Source: Sphingomicrobium sp.
Lineage (GTDB): Bacteria > Pseudomonadota > Alphaproteobacteria > Sphingomonadales > Sphingomonadaceae
Length of the DNA stretch: 40,442 nucleotides
Direction: 5' to 3'
Assembly (NCBI GenBank): GCA_039934055.1
Contig: JBDTMX010000102.1
Coordinates: 1-40,442, forward strand
The position numbers and the translations under genes are program-made. The first letter of the stretch is position 1. Every line of letters starts with the position of its first letter. Positions 9,983 through 19,545 of this stretch are shown here, piece by piece. A model generated the notes under the pieces. It ran no database searches. It was not told the DNA's origin and was given only the letters and a program-made list of their open reading frames with translations.

Positions 9983-9992
9983 GAAGGACTAG

Positions 9993-10874
9993 CTAGGGCG
10001 TCCGCCTGACGGGCACGGGCGCGTTGCACAGGTCGACGCCGCCCGCGCCGCGGATGTAGAACGCGTCCTTGCGATTGGCGCGCACCCGCAAGTAACTGGC
10101 GAAGCTGGCGCTGCCGGTGTCGAGATACTGGAACGACGGCCGTTCGCCGGCGCTCATCTGGCTGGCGAGCTTCGCGCTGGCGATCGGCACGTCCTGGCTG
10201 CGTTCCTTGTAGAAGCCGAGTTCGGCGGTCCCGCGCGGCAGCGAGCTCAACTTGTCGATCCCTTCGATCACGCGCCCGGCCACCGCGATATTGCGGTCGA
10301 GGTGGCGCGGTCCGTGGCCGATCACCGCGTAAAGCTCGCCCCCGGTTCCGGTGTCGGGCGACAGGTCGCGGCCGACGCCGACGCTGGCGTAGCAATGGGC
10401 GAGGTTGGCCCAGCCGCCCTTGGGGCTGTAGGCGATCGGCCAGCCGAGCGCGTAGCCGGCGGCGGGGGCATAGGGGTCGGCATAGCCGAGCGGGCGCACG
10501 GCGAGGCCCTTCAGCGGCCTGGTATATTCGGCCGGCGGCTTGGCGACGACCCCCTGCGGCAGCGGCTGGTCGCTCTCGTTCTTGCCCCATTGCGCAACAT
10601 AATTGTCCTGCACCCGATAGACCGCGGCGCCGTCCCACCAGCCGCCGCGGGCGAGGGCGCGGATGTTCGCGACGTGGACCGGCGCGAACTGGCGCGCGAG
10701 CTGGACGACGATGCGACCGCCGTCCTTGAGGTCGATGACCATCAGATCGTCCGGATCGATCGTCCGCCAGGCGCTGGCCGGCGCTGCTGCGACGATGTCC
10801 GTGGGCGTGAGCAGCTTGGGCGGAGCCGCGGCGATGAGCAGCGCGGTGGCGGAGACGAGGAGCAGCGAACGCAT
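9993..10874 (-). CDS. Exported cyclophilin-type peptidyl-prolyl isomerase
   Basis: True start ATG 10874 (MRSLLLVS..., signal peptide). Motifs FAPVHVANI, YRVQDNYVAQWG, PRHLDRNIAVAGRVIEG. Confidence 0.88.
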   Translation of the reverse strand: MRSLLLVSATALLIAAAPPKLLTPTDIVAAAPASAWRTIDPDDLMVIDLKDGGRIVVQLARQFAPVHVANIRALARGGWWDGAAVYRVQDNYVAQWGKNESDQPLPQGVVAKPPAEYTRPLKGLAVRPLGYADPYAPAAGYALGWPIAYSPKGGWANLAHCYASVGVGRDLSPDTGTGGELYAVIGHGPRHLDRNIAVAGRVIEGIDKLSSLPRGTAELGFYKERSQDVPIASAKLASQMSAGERPSFQYLDTGSASFASYLRVRANRKDAFYIRGAGGVDLCNAPVPVRRTP

Positions 10875-10940
10875 GGGCCTGCCTTTCATGAACTGGCGCC
10901 GGTCTAGCCGAGGATCAGGCACGCCGCTATCGGGCCTTCG

Positions 10941-12113
10941 ATGCATATTGCCACACTGATGCTGCTCGGCTCGGGCGAGCTTGGGCGCGAGTTCGCGATC
11001 GCCGCCAAGCGGCTCGGCTGCAAGGTGATCGCCTGCGACCGCTATGCCGGCGCCCCGGCGATGCAATGCTGCGACGCGTTCGAGGTGTTTTCGATGCTCG
11101 ACGGGGCCGCGTTGCGGGCCGCGGTCGAAAAGCACCGCCCCGACGTCATCGTCCCCGAGATCGAGGCGATCGACACCGCCACTCTGGCCGAGCTCGAGCG
11201 AGAAGGCTGGCGTGTGGCGCCCTCGGCCAGGGCCGTGCAGCTGACCATGAACCGCGACGGCATCCGCGAGTTCGCCGCGCGCGAGCTCGGGCTCGTCACC
11301 TCGCGCTACGAGTTCGCGACAAGCCGCGAGGAAGCCATCGCCGCGTCTGCAACCGTCGGACTGCCGTGCGTGGTCAAACCGGTGATGTCGAGCTCGGGCA
11401 AGGGCCAATCGACCGCGCGCTCGGCCGAGGAAGTCGGCGCGGCGTGGGATTATGCGGTGGCGAAGATGCGCGGCGACCGGCCACGGGTGATCGTCGAGGA
11501 GTTTATCGCGTTCGACAGCGAGATCACGTTGCTGACCGTTGCTACCCGCAGCGACGTGCTGTTCTGCGAGCCGGTCGGGCATCGGCAGGAGGCTGGAGAC
11601 TATCGGACAAGCTGGCAGCCTGCGGGCATTCCCCGCGCCGCGCTGGAGTCCGCGCAGGACCAGGCGCGCAAGGTGGTCGAGGCGCTCGGCGGGACCGGCA
11701 TCTTCGGCGTCGAATTCTTCATCCGCGGCGAGGCGGCGATCTTTTCCGAGCTGAGCCCGCGCCCGCATGACACCGGCATGGTCACCCTCATTGCGCAGTC
11801 GCCGCACGAATTCGAGTTGCACTTGCGCGCGATCCTCGGCCTGCCAATCCCGGCCATCGAGTTCGCCGGCCCGTCGGCGTCGGCGGTGATCCTGGCGAGC
11901 GAGGAGAGCGACTGCTTCTGGTTCGAGGGTGTCGGCGACGCGCTCGCGCTCGGAGCGCCAGGCAAGCCGGTCGACGTGCGCCTGTTCGGCAAGCCCAACA
12001 CGCTCCGGAACCGCCGCATGGGTGTCGCGCTGGCACGCGGGGCCTCGGTGGAGGAGGCGCTGGAGACCGCGGTCGCCGCCGCGGCCAAGGTCATCATCCG
12101 CTACGGCGACTGA
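10941..12113 (+). CDS. purT: Formate-dependent phosphoribosylglycinamide formyltransferase
   Basis: LLGSGELGRE, IVPEIEAI, KPVMSSSGKGQS, ELSPRPHDTG, RRMGVALA. Confidence 0.97.
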   Translation: MHIATLMLLGSGELGREFAIAAKRLGCKVIACDRYAGAPAMQCCDAFEVFSMLDGAALRAAVEKHRPDVIVPEIEAIDTATLAELEREGWRVAPSARAVQLTMNRDGIREFAARELGLVTSRYEFATSREEAIAASATVGLPCVVKPVMSSSGKGQSTARSAEEVGAAWDYAVAKMRGDRPRVIVEEFIAFDSEITLLTVATRSDVLFCEPVGHRQEAGDYRTSWQPAGIPRAALESAQDQARKVVEALGGTGIFGVEFFIRGEAAIFSELSPRPHDTGMVTLIAQSPHEFELHLRAILGLPIPAIEFAGPSASAVILASEESDCFWFEGVGDALALGAPGKPVDVRLFGKPNTLRNRRMGVALARGASVEEALETAVAAAAKVIIRYGD

Positions 12114-12163
12114 GTCGAAGCTTTCGGGCCCGTTCGGCGTTGAACGGGAAAAGGAGCACAGCC

Positions 12164-12547
12164 ATGCGCGCATTGTTGGTCACCGCCGCGGCGCTTCTGA
12201 CCGCCTGCGGCCAGTCGCAGCCGACCCAGCCCAAGCAGCCGATCGTCGTCCGCAGCCAGATCCAGGACCAGCTCCACAAGCTCGACGACATGAACCGCGC
12301 GATCGCCTTGAAGCGCGCGCTGTATGACTCCGGCTACACCTGCCAGCGGGTCGAGACGTCGGGCTTCGTGACGACCTACAGGAACCTCGACATGTGGACC
12401 GCCCATTGCTCGAACGGCAAGGGCCCCGGCCGCGACTGGGCGCTGTTCGCCGGTCCTGACGGCAGCGTCCAGGTTCGCGACTGCAAGGACGTCGCGCAGT
12501 TCGGGATGCCGGCGTGCGTGATCAGCAAGGCGGCGAAGACCGGTTGA
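12164..12547 (+). CDS. Hypothetical lipoprotein
   Basis: AAGGAG RBS, lipobox LTAC, and four further Cys residues. Confidence 0.8.
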   Translation: MRALLVTAAALLTACGQSQPTQPKQPIVVRSQIQDQLHKLDDMNRAIALKRALYDSGYTCQRVETSGFVTTYRNLDMWTAHCSNGKGPGRDWALFAGPDGSVQVRDCKDVAQFGMPACVISKAAKTG

Positions 12548-12829
12548 TCAGTCGCAGCGGCGGGTTTCTTTATACTCGCCGGCAGCGGACTTTTCCTTGA
12601 CGGTGATGCACTTGCCCTGGCGCACTTCCTCGCGCCAGCTGCCGTCGGCATTGGTCACGCGTTCGGCCTTGGGGACGCGCTTGCCGTCCTTGATCTCGTA
12701 ATTCCAGCTACTGGGCGTCGACTGGCCCGACGGAGCCGATTGCGCGGCGGCTACGGTCGCATAGCCGACGACGGCGGCGGCCACGGCGATTCCGCCGATC
12801 ACGGCTGCGGTCTTCGAAATGCGTTTCAT
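12548..12829 (-). CDS. Small secreted hypothetical protein
   Basis: MKRISK... signal peptide with GGAG upstream. Stop abuts the stop of the convergent lipoprotein gene. Confidence 0.72.
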   Translation of the reverse strand: MKRISKTAAVIGGIAVAAAVVGYATVAAAQSAPSGQSTPSSWNYEIKDGKRVPKAERVTNADGSWREEVRQGKCITVKEKSAAGEYKETRRCD

Positions 12830-12951
12830 CACACGACTCCTCAGCCTCCTCATTATCATTACAGAGGTGAATTTAAGCTGACGAGCCGGGAAAACGCAAC
12901 CGCGAGAGGAGTTTAGCCCTGCCGAGTTCGGACGGCCAAGCCCCCTGGAGC

Positions 12952-13077
12952 TTAGCCTTGGCGAGCTTTGAAGCGGCGGTTGGTCTTGTTGATGACGTAG
13001 GTGCGGCCGCGGCGGCGGATTACCCGGCAGTCGCGGTGGCGCGTTTTCAGCGACTTCAAGCTATTGCGAATCTTCAT
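12952..13077 (-). CDS. rpmJ: 50S ribosomal protein L36 (41-aa form lacking the zinc ribbon)
   Basis: [41 protein letters not shown]. Confidence 0.97.
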   Translation of the reverse strand: MKIRNSLKSLKTRHRDCRVIRRRGRTYVINKTNRRFKARQG

Positions 13078-13138
13078 GGCCGGGCGCCTGCTCGTTCTAA
13101 TCAGTCTGGATTGTCGGAAGGTCGTTAAACCGACGCCG

Positions 13139-13167
13139 CCCCTACGGTGAGGGGCGCTTGAAGTCAA
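13139..13167 (-). promoter_or_regulatory. Putative sigma70 promoter for rpmJ
   Basis: Minus strand reads TTGACT-17nt-TAGGGG, with a relaxed alphaproteobacterial-type -10. Confidence 0.45.
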
Positions 13168-13177
13168 GGATCACCCC

Positions 13178-13494
13178 ATGCTGAAGGACGCAGTGGAACG
13201 GTTGATCGGTCCCTCGGGCGAGGGATTCGAGGCGGCGCGGGCCGCCATTCGCAGTGACGTCATCCGAACGCCCTTGCTTCCCTTTGGCGGCCACGGCGCA
13301 GAGATGCGCGAGATTCGGCTCAAGGCGGAATGCCTCCAGCCCTACGGCTCCTTCAAGATTCGCGCGACGTCTGCCTCGCCGCCGCTTTGTCTCCGCCGTG
13401 CCCGGGCGAGCGCGTTATCGCCGTGATGTCCGGCGGGAACATCGACCATCAGATATTCTGCCGGATTTTGGGGGGAGTTGCACCGCCAGATTGA
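13178..13494 (+). pseudogene. Threonine/serine dehydratase family (fold-type II PLP enzyme) pseudogene with a large internal deletion and frameshift
   Basis: The first 62 codons carry RTPL...LKAECLQPYGSFKIR (PLP lysine). A different frame from 13369 gives VCLAAAL...VIAVMSGGNID...* (C-terminal motif). Confidence 0.88.
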
Positions 13495-13512
13495 TGCCGT
13501 CACAAGTCGGCA

Positions 13513-14808
13513 ATGGGCGACAACGGCCAGACGGAATCGAGCAGGGGCGGGCCGCGTTCGTTTCTGAAAGTGCTTGGCCCCGGCCTGATTACCGGCGCGG
13601 CCGACGACGATCCCAGCGGCATCGGCACCCACAGCCAGATCGGCGCCGAGTTCGGCTATGGCCTCGCCTGGACGTTCGTTCTCAGTTTCCCGCTGATGGT
13701 CGTCATTCAGGAAGTTGCTGCCCTGATCGGACGCGTCACCGGCGCCGGAATCGCGCGCAATCTGAGACGGCATTATCCGCGGATTGTCCTGTGGCTGATG
13801 GTCTCGTTGCTGCTCATCGCCAACATCGTCAATCTGGGCGCCGACCTGAGCGCAATGGGCGCCGCGCTGGCGCTGCTGGCGGGTGGTAACGCCGGGCTCT
13901 ACACCTTGCTGTTCGGAATCGTCTGCATCGGTCTCGAGGTGGGCTTGAGTTACCCGCGCTATGCCGCCGTCCTGAAATGGACCACGCTGTCGCTGTTTAC
14001 CTACGTCGGCGTCGTAATGGTCGCGCACGTGCCGTGGCCACACGCGCTTCGCTCGCTGGCGGTGCCTGAGCTGCAGTGGAATGCCGCTTATGCCACCGCT
14101 TTGGTGGCGATCCTCGGCACGACCATCAGCCCGTACCTGTTCTTCTGGCAAGCGGCGCAGGAAATCGAGGAGCAGCACCGGCACCATGTCAAGCCGCTGT
14201 GCATCACGCCGGGCGACGCCGGCCCGGAGCTCAAGCGCATCCGCATCGATACGCTGACCGGCATGGCGTTCAGCACGATCGTCAGCCTGGCCATTGTGTT
14301 TGCGACCGCGGCGACACTCCACGCCAACGGGGTGCGCGACATTGCGACATCCTCGCAGGCCGCCGAAGCGCTGCGCCCGATCGCCGGGCAATTCGCGTTT
14401 GCAATGTTCGCCATCGGGATCATCGGCACTGGGCTGCTCGCCGTGCCGGTGCTTGCCGGGTCGGCAGCCTATGCGGTGACCGAGATGGCCGGCCTGTCGG
14501 GCAGCCTCGACGCCAAGCCGCTCAGCGCGCGCCTGTTCTACGCGACGATCGCGATCACCACTTTGGCCGGTGCCTCGCTCAATTCGGTCGGGATCGATCC
14601 CGCGCGGGCGCTCTATTGGGCGGCGGTCGTCAACGGCATCCTCGCCGCGCCGCTGATGGTGATGATGATGCTCATCGTCCGCAATCCACGCGCAATGGGG
14701 CGGCTGACAATATCCCGGCGCATGATGATCGTCGGCTGGACCGCGACCATCGTCATGTTCGCCGCGTCCGCGCTGTTTCTCGCATTCGTCGTCAAGTCAT
14801 GGCTTTGA
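13513..14808 (+). CDS. NRAMP/SLC11-related divalent metal transporter
   Basis: LGPGLITGAADDDPSGI (TM1), GTTISPY (TM6) and about 11 TM segments. Confidence 0.9.
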   Translation: MGDNGQTESSRGGPRSFLKVLGPGLITGAADDDPSGIGTHSQIGAEFGYGLAWTFVLSFPLMVVIQEVAALIGRVTGAGIARNLRRHYPRIVLWLMVSLLLIANIVNLGADLSAMGAALALLAGGNAGLYTLLFGIVCIGLEVGLSYPRYAAVLKWTTLSLFTYVGVVMVAHVPWPHALRSLAVPELQWNAAYATALVAILGTTISPYLFFWQAAQEIEEQHRHHVKPLCITPGDAGPELKRIRIDTLTGMAFSTIVSLAIVFATAATLHANGVRDIATSSQAAEALRPIAGQFAFAMFAIGIIGTGLLAVPVLAGSAAYAVTEMAGLSGSLDAKPLSARLFYATIAITTLAGASLNSVGIDPARALYWAAVVNGILAAPLMVMMMLIVRNPRAMGRLTISRRMMIVGWTATIVMFAASALFLAFVVKSWL

Positions 14809-14828
14809 TGTCGTAATCCGGGCCCGTC

Positions 14829-16466
14829 CTAGCGTTCCGCGCGCGGCTCTCCGGGGGCGAACGTCTCGCCGAAATAGTCGCCGCGGTACCAGCGCGGGCG
14901 GTCGTCGGCATCGGCCAGCGCGCGGGCGATGCGGTAGTTCAATTCGGCGAACCGGGCGCCCGCCGACCAGCGGATCGCCTGCGAAAGGTCGTCGTTGGGC
15001 TTGTGATAGGCGAACGCGAGGTAGCTCGCCCAGGCCTTGCGCCCGCCGTTGGCGTAGCCGGTCATCAGGAACACCGACGGGATGCCGCGCTGGACGAAGC
15101 GGTAATGGTCCGAGCGGACGAACAATTGCTCCTGCGGCATCGGGTCGGGCGACACCGCGACGTCCATCCCGCGGCTCGCCTCGGCGGCGATCCGGCCGAT
15201 GGTCGAATGATCGCCGCCGAACTCGATGATGTCGATGAAGTCGTAGGTCAGGAGCGGCATGTCGAGGTTGATCGCCGCGGCGATCTGCCGCGCCGGGACG
15301 GTCGGGTGCGAGGCGAAATAATCGGCGCCGAGCAGGCCCAGTTCCTCGCCGGTGTTGGCGATGAACAGCAGCGAGCGCCGCGGCGGCCGGCCCGACTGGA
15401 CGAAGTGGCGGGCCGCCTCGATCATGGTCGCGACGCCGGCCGCATTGTCGAGCGCGCCGTTGTAGATCGCATCCTCGCCGGGGCGCGCGATCGGGTTGAT
15501 GCCGAGATGGTCGAGATGTGCCATCAGCACCACATATTCCTGCGCCAGCCGGGAATCGCCGCCGGGCAGCAGCCCGATGACCTCGGGGCTGGCGAAATCC
15601 TGCCACGCACTCTCCGCGCGAATCGCCAATCGCGCCCCCAGCGCGAAGCCGCGCAGCGCCCGGTCGGCCGACGCCCCGAGCTGGTCGAGCGATCGCGGCG
15701 CGCCGGCGAACAATTGGCGGCTGAGGGTTGGCGAGAGGACCATCACCGCCCGGATCGCGCCCGCTTTCCCGGCTGCTCCTGCCTTGCCCCCGACTGACGG
15801 CTCGACCCAGTCGACGATCGGCCGCGACACGGCGGGCGCCGGGTTGTAGTCGGGCTGTCCAGGGACGAAAGTCAGCTCGGCGATGCCGATCGCGCCCTTG
15901 CTGGCGGCGACCTGGTCCTTGGTCAGCTCGAGATGCGCGGCGACCTCGGGCGGCACGCCGTCCGGCGAGCCGCGCAGCACGACGACGATCTTCCCGGCGA
16001 CGTCGAGCCCGGCATATTCGTCGATTCCCAACCGCGGCTCGACGATGCCGTGGCCGACGAACACCAGGCCGGCCTCGATCGTCCGCTGCTTCTCGGTCAG
16101 GCTCGGCCGCAATCCGACGTCGACATTGCTGAGCAGGCGCGGCTTGCCGCCGGCGATCAGGCTGACCTCGGGCGGCCGGGCATGCGACGCGCGCCGGAAC
16201 GGCACTTGCAGAAACCAGCCGCCGCCCGTCCCGCCGGGTTTCAAACCGAGGCTGGTGAATTGCGCGGCGACATATTGGGCGGCGACGGCGTGGCCGCGCG
16301 ATCCGGTGTCGCGGCCTTCCAGTTCGTCGCTGGCGAGGAACTGCACATGGCCGTGGATGCGGTCCGCCGCTTGCCGATCAAAGGCTGCTTGGTCCACCGC
16401 CGGGGCGGTGGCAGCGACCAGCAGCAGCGACAGCGCCGCCGCGGCCAAACGGCGGAGCAGAATCAT
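14829..16466 (-). CDS. Exported M28 family metallopeptidase with a PA domain
   Basis: ATG 16466 overlaps the galE stop. Motifs AHLDHLG, NGALDNAAG, GEELGLLG, NLDM, RSDH, YHKPND. Confidence 0.92.
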   Translation of the reverse strand: MILLRRLAAAALSLLLVAATAPAVDQAAFDRQAADRIHGHVQFLASDELEGRDTGSRGHAVAAQYVAAQFTSLGLKPGGTGGGWFLQVPFRRASHARPPEVSLIAGGKPRLLSNVDVGLRPSLTEKQRTIEAGLVFVGHGIVEPRLGIDEYAGLDVAGKIVVVLRGSPDGVPPEVAAHLELTKDQVAASKGAIGIAELTFVPGQPDYNPAPAVSRPIVDWVEPSVGGKAGAAGKAGAIRAVMVLSPTLSRQLFAGAPRSLDQLGASADRALRGFALGARLAIRAESAWQDFASPEVIGLLPGGDSRLAQEYVVLMAHLDHLGINPIARPGEDAIYNGALDNAAGVATMIEAARHFVQSGRPPRRSLLFIANTGEELGLLGADYFASHPTVPARQIAAAINLDMPLLTYDFIDIIEFGGDHSTIGRIAAEASRGMDVAVSPDPMPQEQLFVRSDHYRFVQRGIPSVFLMTGYANGGRKAWASYLAFAYHKPNDDLSQAIRWSAGARFAELNYRIARALADADDRPRWYRGDYFGETFAPGEPRAER

Positions 16467-17464
16467 ACCCCGGCGCGGGCCCGCAGCGCTCGTTCCCACG
16501 CCAGCGCATGGGTGGTGATCGTATCGATGTCGGCGAAGCGCGGTTGCCACCCCAGCGTCTCGACCAGCCGGCGGTTCGACGCGACCAGCCGCGGCGGATC
16601 CCCGGCGCGGCGCGGCTTGATCTCGCGCGGCACCGGCTGGCCGGCCACCCGGTCGAGCGCATCGAGCACCTCGAGTACCGACAGGCCCTGGCCGTAGCCG
16701 CAGTTGAGGACGAGGTTCTGGCCCGGCTGCTCGATCAGCGCCAGGAGCGCGGCGACATGGGCGTCGGCCAGGTCGCTGACATGGACATAGTCGCGCACGC
16801 AGCTGCCGTCGGGGGTCGGGTAATCGGTGCCGAATACATCGACATGGTCGCGCGTGCCCGCCGCCGCCTCGACCGCCACCTTGATTAAATGGGTCGAGCC
16901 CTTGCCGATCTGCCCGGCGCGCAGGTCGGGGTCAGCCCCGGCAACGTTGAAGTAGCGCAATGCGGCGTAGTTGAGGGGGGTGGCTGCGGCGGTGTCGGCG
17001 AGCATCCGCTCGGTCATCAGCTTCGATGCGCCGTAGGGGTTGATCGGCAGCTTGGGGTCGTCCTCGTCGATTGGCACCTGCTCGGGCTCGCCATACACCG
17101 CGGCGGTCGAGGAAAAAACGATGTGCGGTACTCTGGCCGCGACCGCGGCCGAGATCAGGGCGTGGCTGGCGAGCGTGTTGTTGGCATAATATTCGAGCGG
17201 TTTCTCGACCGATTCTGGAACCACGATCGAGCCCGCGAAGTGGAGGATCGCGCCGATCTTCTGCTCGCCGAGGATGCGGTCGACGAGCGCCCGATCGGCG
17301 ATCGAACCTTCGAAGAACGGGACGTCGTTTGGCACAACGTCGCGGGTCCCGTTCGAAAGATCGTCGATCACCACCACCGGCCAGCCGCCATCGCGCAGCG
17401 CCAACACGGCGTGGCTGCCGATATAGCCGGCGCCGCCGGTCACGAGCACAGAGAGCTTGGTCAT
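16463..17464 (-). CDS. galE: UDP-glucose 4-epimerase
   Basis: TGGAGYIGSH, FSSTAAVYG, YGASK, LRYFNVAGA, RDYVHV. Confidence 0.96.
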   Translation of the reverse strand: MTKLSVLVTGGAGYIGSHAVLALRDGGWPVVVIDDLSNGTRDVVPNDVPFFEGSIADRALVDRILGEQKIGAILHFAGSIVVPESVEKPLEYYANNTLASHALISAAVAARVPHIVFSSTAAVYGEPEQVPIDEDDPKLPINPYGASKLMTERMLADTAAATPLNYAALRYFNVAGADPDLRAGQIGKGSTHLIKVAVEAAAGTRDHVDVFGTDYPTPDGSCVRDYVHVSDLADAHVAALLALIEQPGQNLVLNCGYGQGLSVLEVLDALDRVAGQPVPREIKPRRAGDPPRLVASNRRLVETLGWQPRFADIDTITTHALAWERALRARAGV

Positions 17465-17573
17465 CGGGGCGGGTGGCTAGCGGATCGAGCGAAGCCGCGC
17501 CAGCGCTCCCGCATCATCAGCCCGCGCTGTCCGGCTATGGCCTTTGCGCTCGCCTTGAGCCAAATGCGCGGAC

Positions 17574-18854
17574 ATGCACGCGGTCGCCCTCAATGCGTTT
17601 GACGCCGCAGCCATACTGATCGTCGTCACCGCGGCGCTGGCCTTTTTGAACCATCGGGTGTTCGGCCTGCCGTCGTCCGTCGCGATGACGCTCATGGGCG
17701 CAGTGGCTTCCCTGCTTATCATCGCCATCGACCATCTGCTCCCGGCCAGCAATCTGTCCAATATGGTCGCCGGCTTCCTATCCGGTATCGACTTCGAAAC
17801 GACGCTGATGAACGGCATGTTGTCCTTCCTGCTGTTCGCCGGCGCGCTCCACGTGGACTGGGGAGATTTGCAGCGCGGGCGCTGGGGAATCCTGATCCTG
17901 AGCACGGTCGGGGTGTTGATTTCGACCCTGATCGTCGGCACCGGCTTCTACTTCCTGACGCGGGCGTTCGGCCTGAACATTTCGCCCATGCTGTGCTTCG
18001 TGTTCGGTGCCTTGATCAGCCCGACCGACCCGGTCGCGGTCATGGGCGTCCTCAAGCGCACGGCATGTCCGCCCACCCTGCAGGCCACCGTCGCCGGCGA
18101 AAGCCTGTTTAACGATGGCGTTGGCGTCGTCGTCTTTGCCATCCTGCTCGCCGCGGCGATGGGCAACGAACATTTCTCCGTGGCGAGCGCGGCTCAATCC
18201 TTTGCGATCGAAGCGGGCGGCGGGGTGTTGCTCGGCTTGGCGGTCGGCTGGCTCGGCTTCTGGGCGATGCGCAGCATTGACGAGTATAATGTCGAGCTGA
18301 TGATAACCCTGGCCGTGGTCATGGGCGGTTATGCCCTCGGCCGCTGGCTGCATGTCAGCGGGCCGGTCGCCATGGCCGTGGCCGGCCTGTTGATCGGCAA
18401 TGCCGGGGTCGATCTCGCCATGAGCGAAACCACGCGCGACCATGTGCTCAAGTTCTGGGCGCTGATCGACGAGTTGCTCAATGCGGTCCTGTTCCTGCTG
18501 ATCGGCCTGGAACTGATTGCCATCTCGCCCGATCCAAGATTGATCGCTGTGGGAGCGATCGCGATCCCCCTGACGCTGTTCGCCCGCGCCTCGTCGGTCA
18601 TCTTGCCGCTGTCCGTGATGCGATCCGCGGTGGCACTGGACGGTCCGGCCCTGCCGACGCTCCTGTGGGGCGGACTGCGTGGCGGGATCTCGGTCGCCCT
18701 CGCTTTGTCATTGCCGCGCGGCCCGGGGTCCACGATCATCCTCGCCGCAACCTACGTGGTTGTGCTGTTTTCCGTGATCGTCCAAGGGGGAAGCATCGCA
18801 CGCCTGATCAAGCGTTATTCTCCGTGTCCGCCGGGCGCGGCGGAGAATGCGTAG
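17574..18854 (+). CDS. Na+/H+ antiporter, CPA1 (NhaP-like)
   Basis: ISPTDPVAV, GESLFNDG, WGGLRGGISVALAL. Confidence 0.93.
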   Translation: MHAVALNAFDAAAILIVVTAALAFLNHRVFGLPSSVAMTLMGAVASLLIIAIDHLLPASNLSNMVAGFLSGIDFETTLMNGMLSFLLFAGALHVDWGDLQRGRWGILILSTVGVLISTLIVGTGFYFLTRAFGLNISPMLCFVFGALISPTDPVAVMGVLKRTACPPTLQATVAGESLFNDGVGVVVFAILLAAAMGNEHFSVASAAQSFAIEAGGGVLLGLAVGWLGFWAMRSIDEYNVELMITLAVVMGGYALGRWLHVSGPVAMAVAGLLIGNAGVDLAMSETTRDHVLKFWALIDELLNAVLFLLIGLELIAISPDPRLIAVGAIAIPLTLFARASSVILPLSVMRSAVALDGPALPTLLWGGLRGGISVALALSLPRGPGSTIILAATYVVVLFSVIVQGGSIARLIKRYSPCPPGAAENA

Positions 18855-18895
18855 CCATCGACGCAACCGCGAGCAGCCGGGAGAGCAGCGGGAAC

Positions 18896-19270
18896 ATGAA
18901 TAAAGCGGGTTCGGAAGCCGCAAGGTTCATCGTCAGCGCATTTCAGTCGGTGTGGTCGCTTGAACTTCTATTGCTGTTGAAGCGGTCTACTGACCAACCG
19001 CTGTCGAGGGAAGAATTGGTCGCTGCACTCCGTGCGAGCGATTCGATTGTCTCTCAGAGTGTCGATGCGTTGGTGGTCGCGGGATTGGTGATCGAGGAAG
19101 GCGGCCAAGTGCGTTATGCTCCCGCCTCGGCCGACCTGGAAATGCGCGTCCAGGAAACCGAGGAATTCTATCGGGCGCGTCCAAACGCCGTGCGCCGTTT
19201 GATCGCGCTCGGAACGGCGGGGAGCTTGGCGGCATTCTCGGATGCCTTCAAGTTTGGGGGTGACAAGTGA
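18896..19270 (+). CDS. Hypothetical soluble protein (124 aa), possible winged-helix fold
   Basis: ATG 18896. Helix-helix-hairpin pattern SVWSLELLLLL...SREELVAAL...L..AGLV...VRY, ending AFSDAFKF. Stop overlaps the next gene (GTGA). Confidence 0.72.
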   Translation: MNKAGSEAARFIVSAFQSVWSLELLLLLKRSTDQPLSREELVAALRASDSIVSQSVDALVVAGLVIEEGGQVRYAPASADLEMRVQETEEFYRARPNAVRRLIALGTAGSLAAFSDAFKFGGDK

Positions 19271-19545
19271 CCGATTGGTTCCCGACGGCGGTCTACACTT
19301 TGTGCTTCCTGACCAGCAGCGCGTGCTCCTTCCTGCTCGCGCGGAATTACGGCCGCACGCGCTCGCGCCTGCTGCTTTGGAGCGCGCTTTGCTTCCTGTT
19401 CCTGGGATTGAACAACCTCGCGGTGATCGTCGACCTTTTGCTGATTCCAGACATGAGCTTCAATCTGCTGCGGGTTGCGTTGTCGATCGCCGGAGTCTCT
19501 CTCCTCTTGTTCGGTCTTGTTTGGGAAGCGGAGGAGAATCGATGA
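19267..19545 (+). CDS. Small 3-TM membrane protein (resembles the DUF5985 family)
   Basis: [28 protein letters not shown]. Family assigned from memory of the pattern. Confidence 0.78.
   Translation: MTDWFPTAVYTLCFLTSSACSFLLARNYGRTRSRLLLWSALCFLFLGLNNLAVIVDLLLIPDMSFNLLRVALSIAGVSLLLFGLVWEAEENR

Noticed and set aside
9993-12173. 726-aa minus-strand ORF that looks like a large fusion
   Set aside because: Only the last 293 aa (from ATG 10874) are a real cyclophilin. The rest is the stop-free antisense of purT, which is common in high-GC DNA.
12952-13077. Zinc-free L36 as a sign of a zinc-starvation paralog
   Set aside because: This form is the usual L36 in alphaproteobacteria, and I saw no Zur box or paired L31 paralog.
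13355-13375. Programmed frameshift joining the two dehydratase fragments
   Set aside because: There is no slippery sequence, and the joined product (about 105 aa) would lack most of the catalytic fold.
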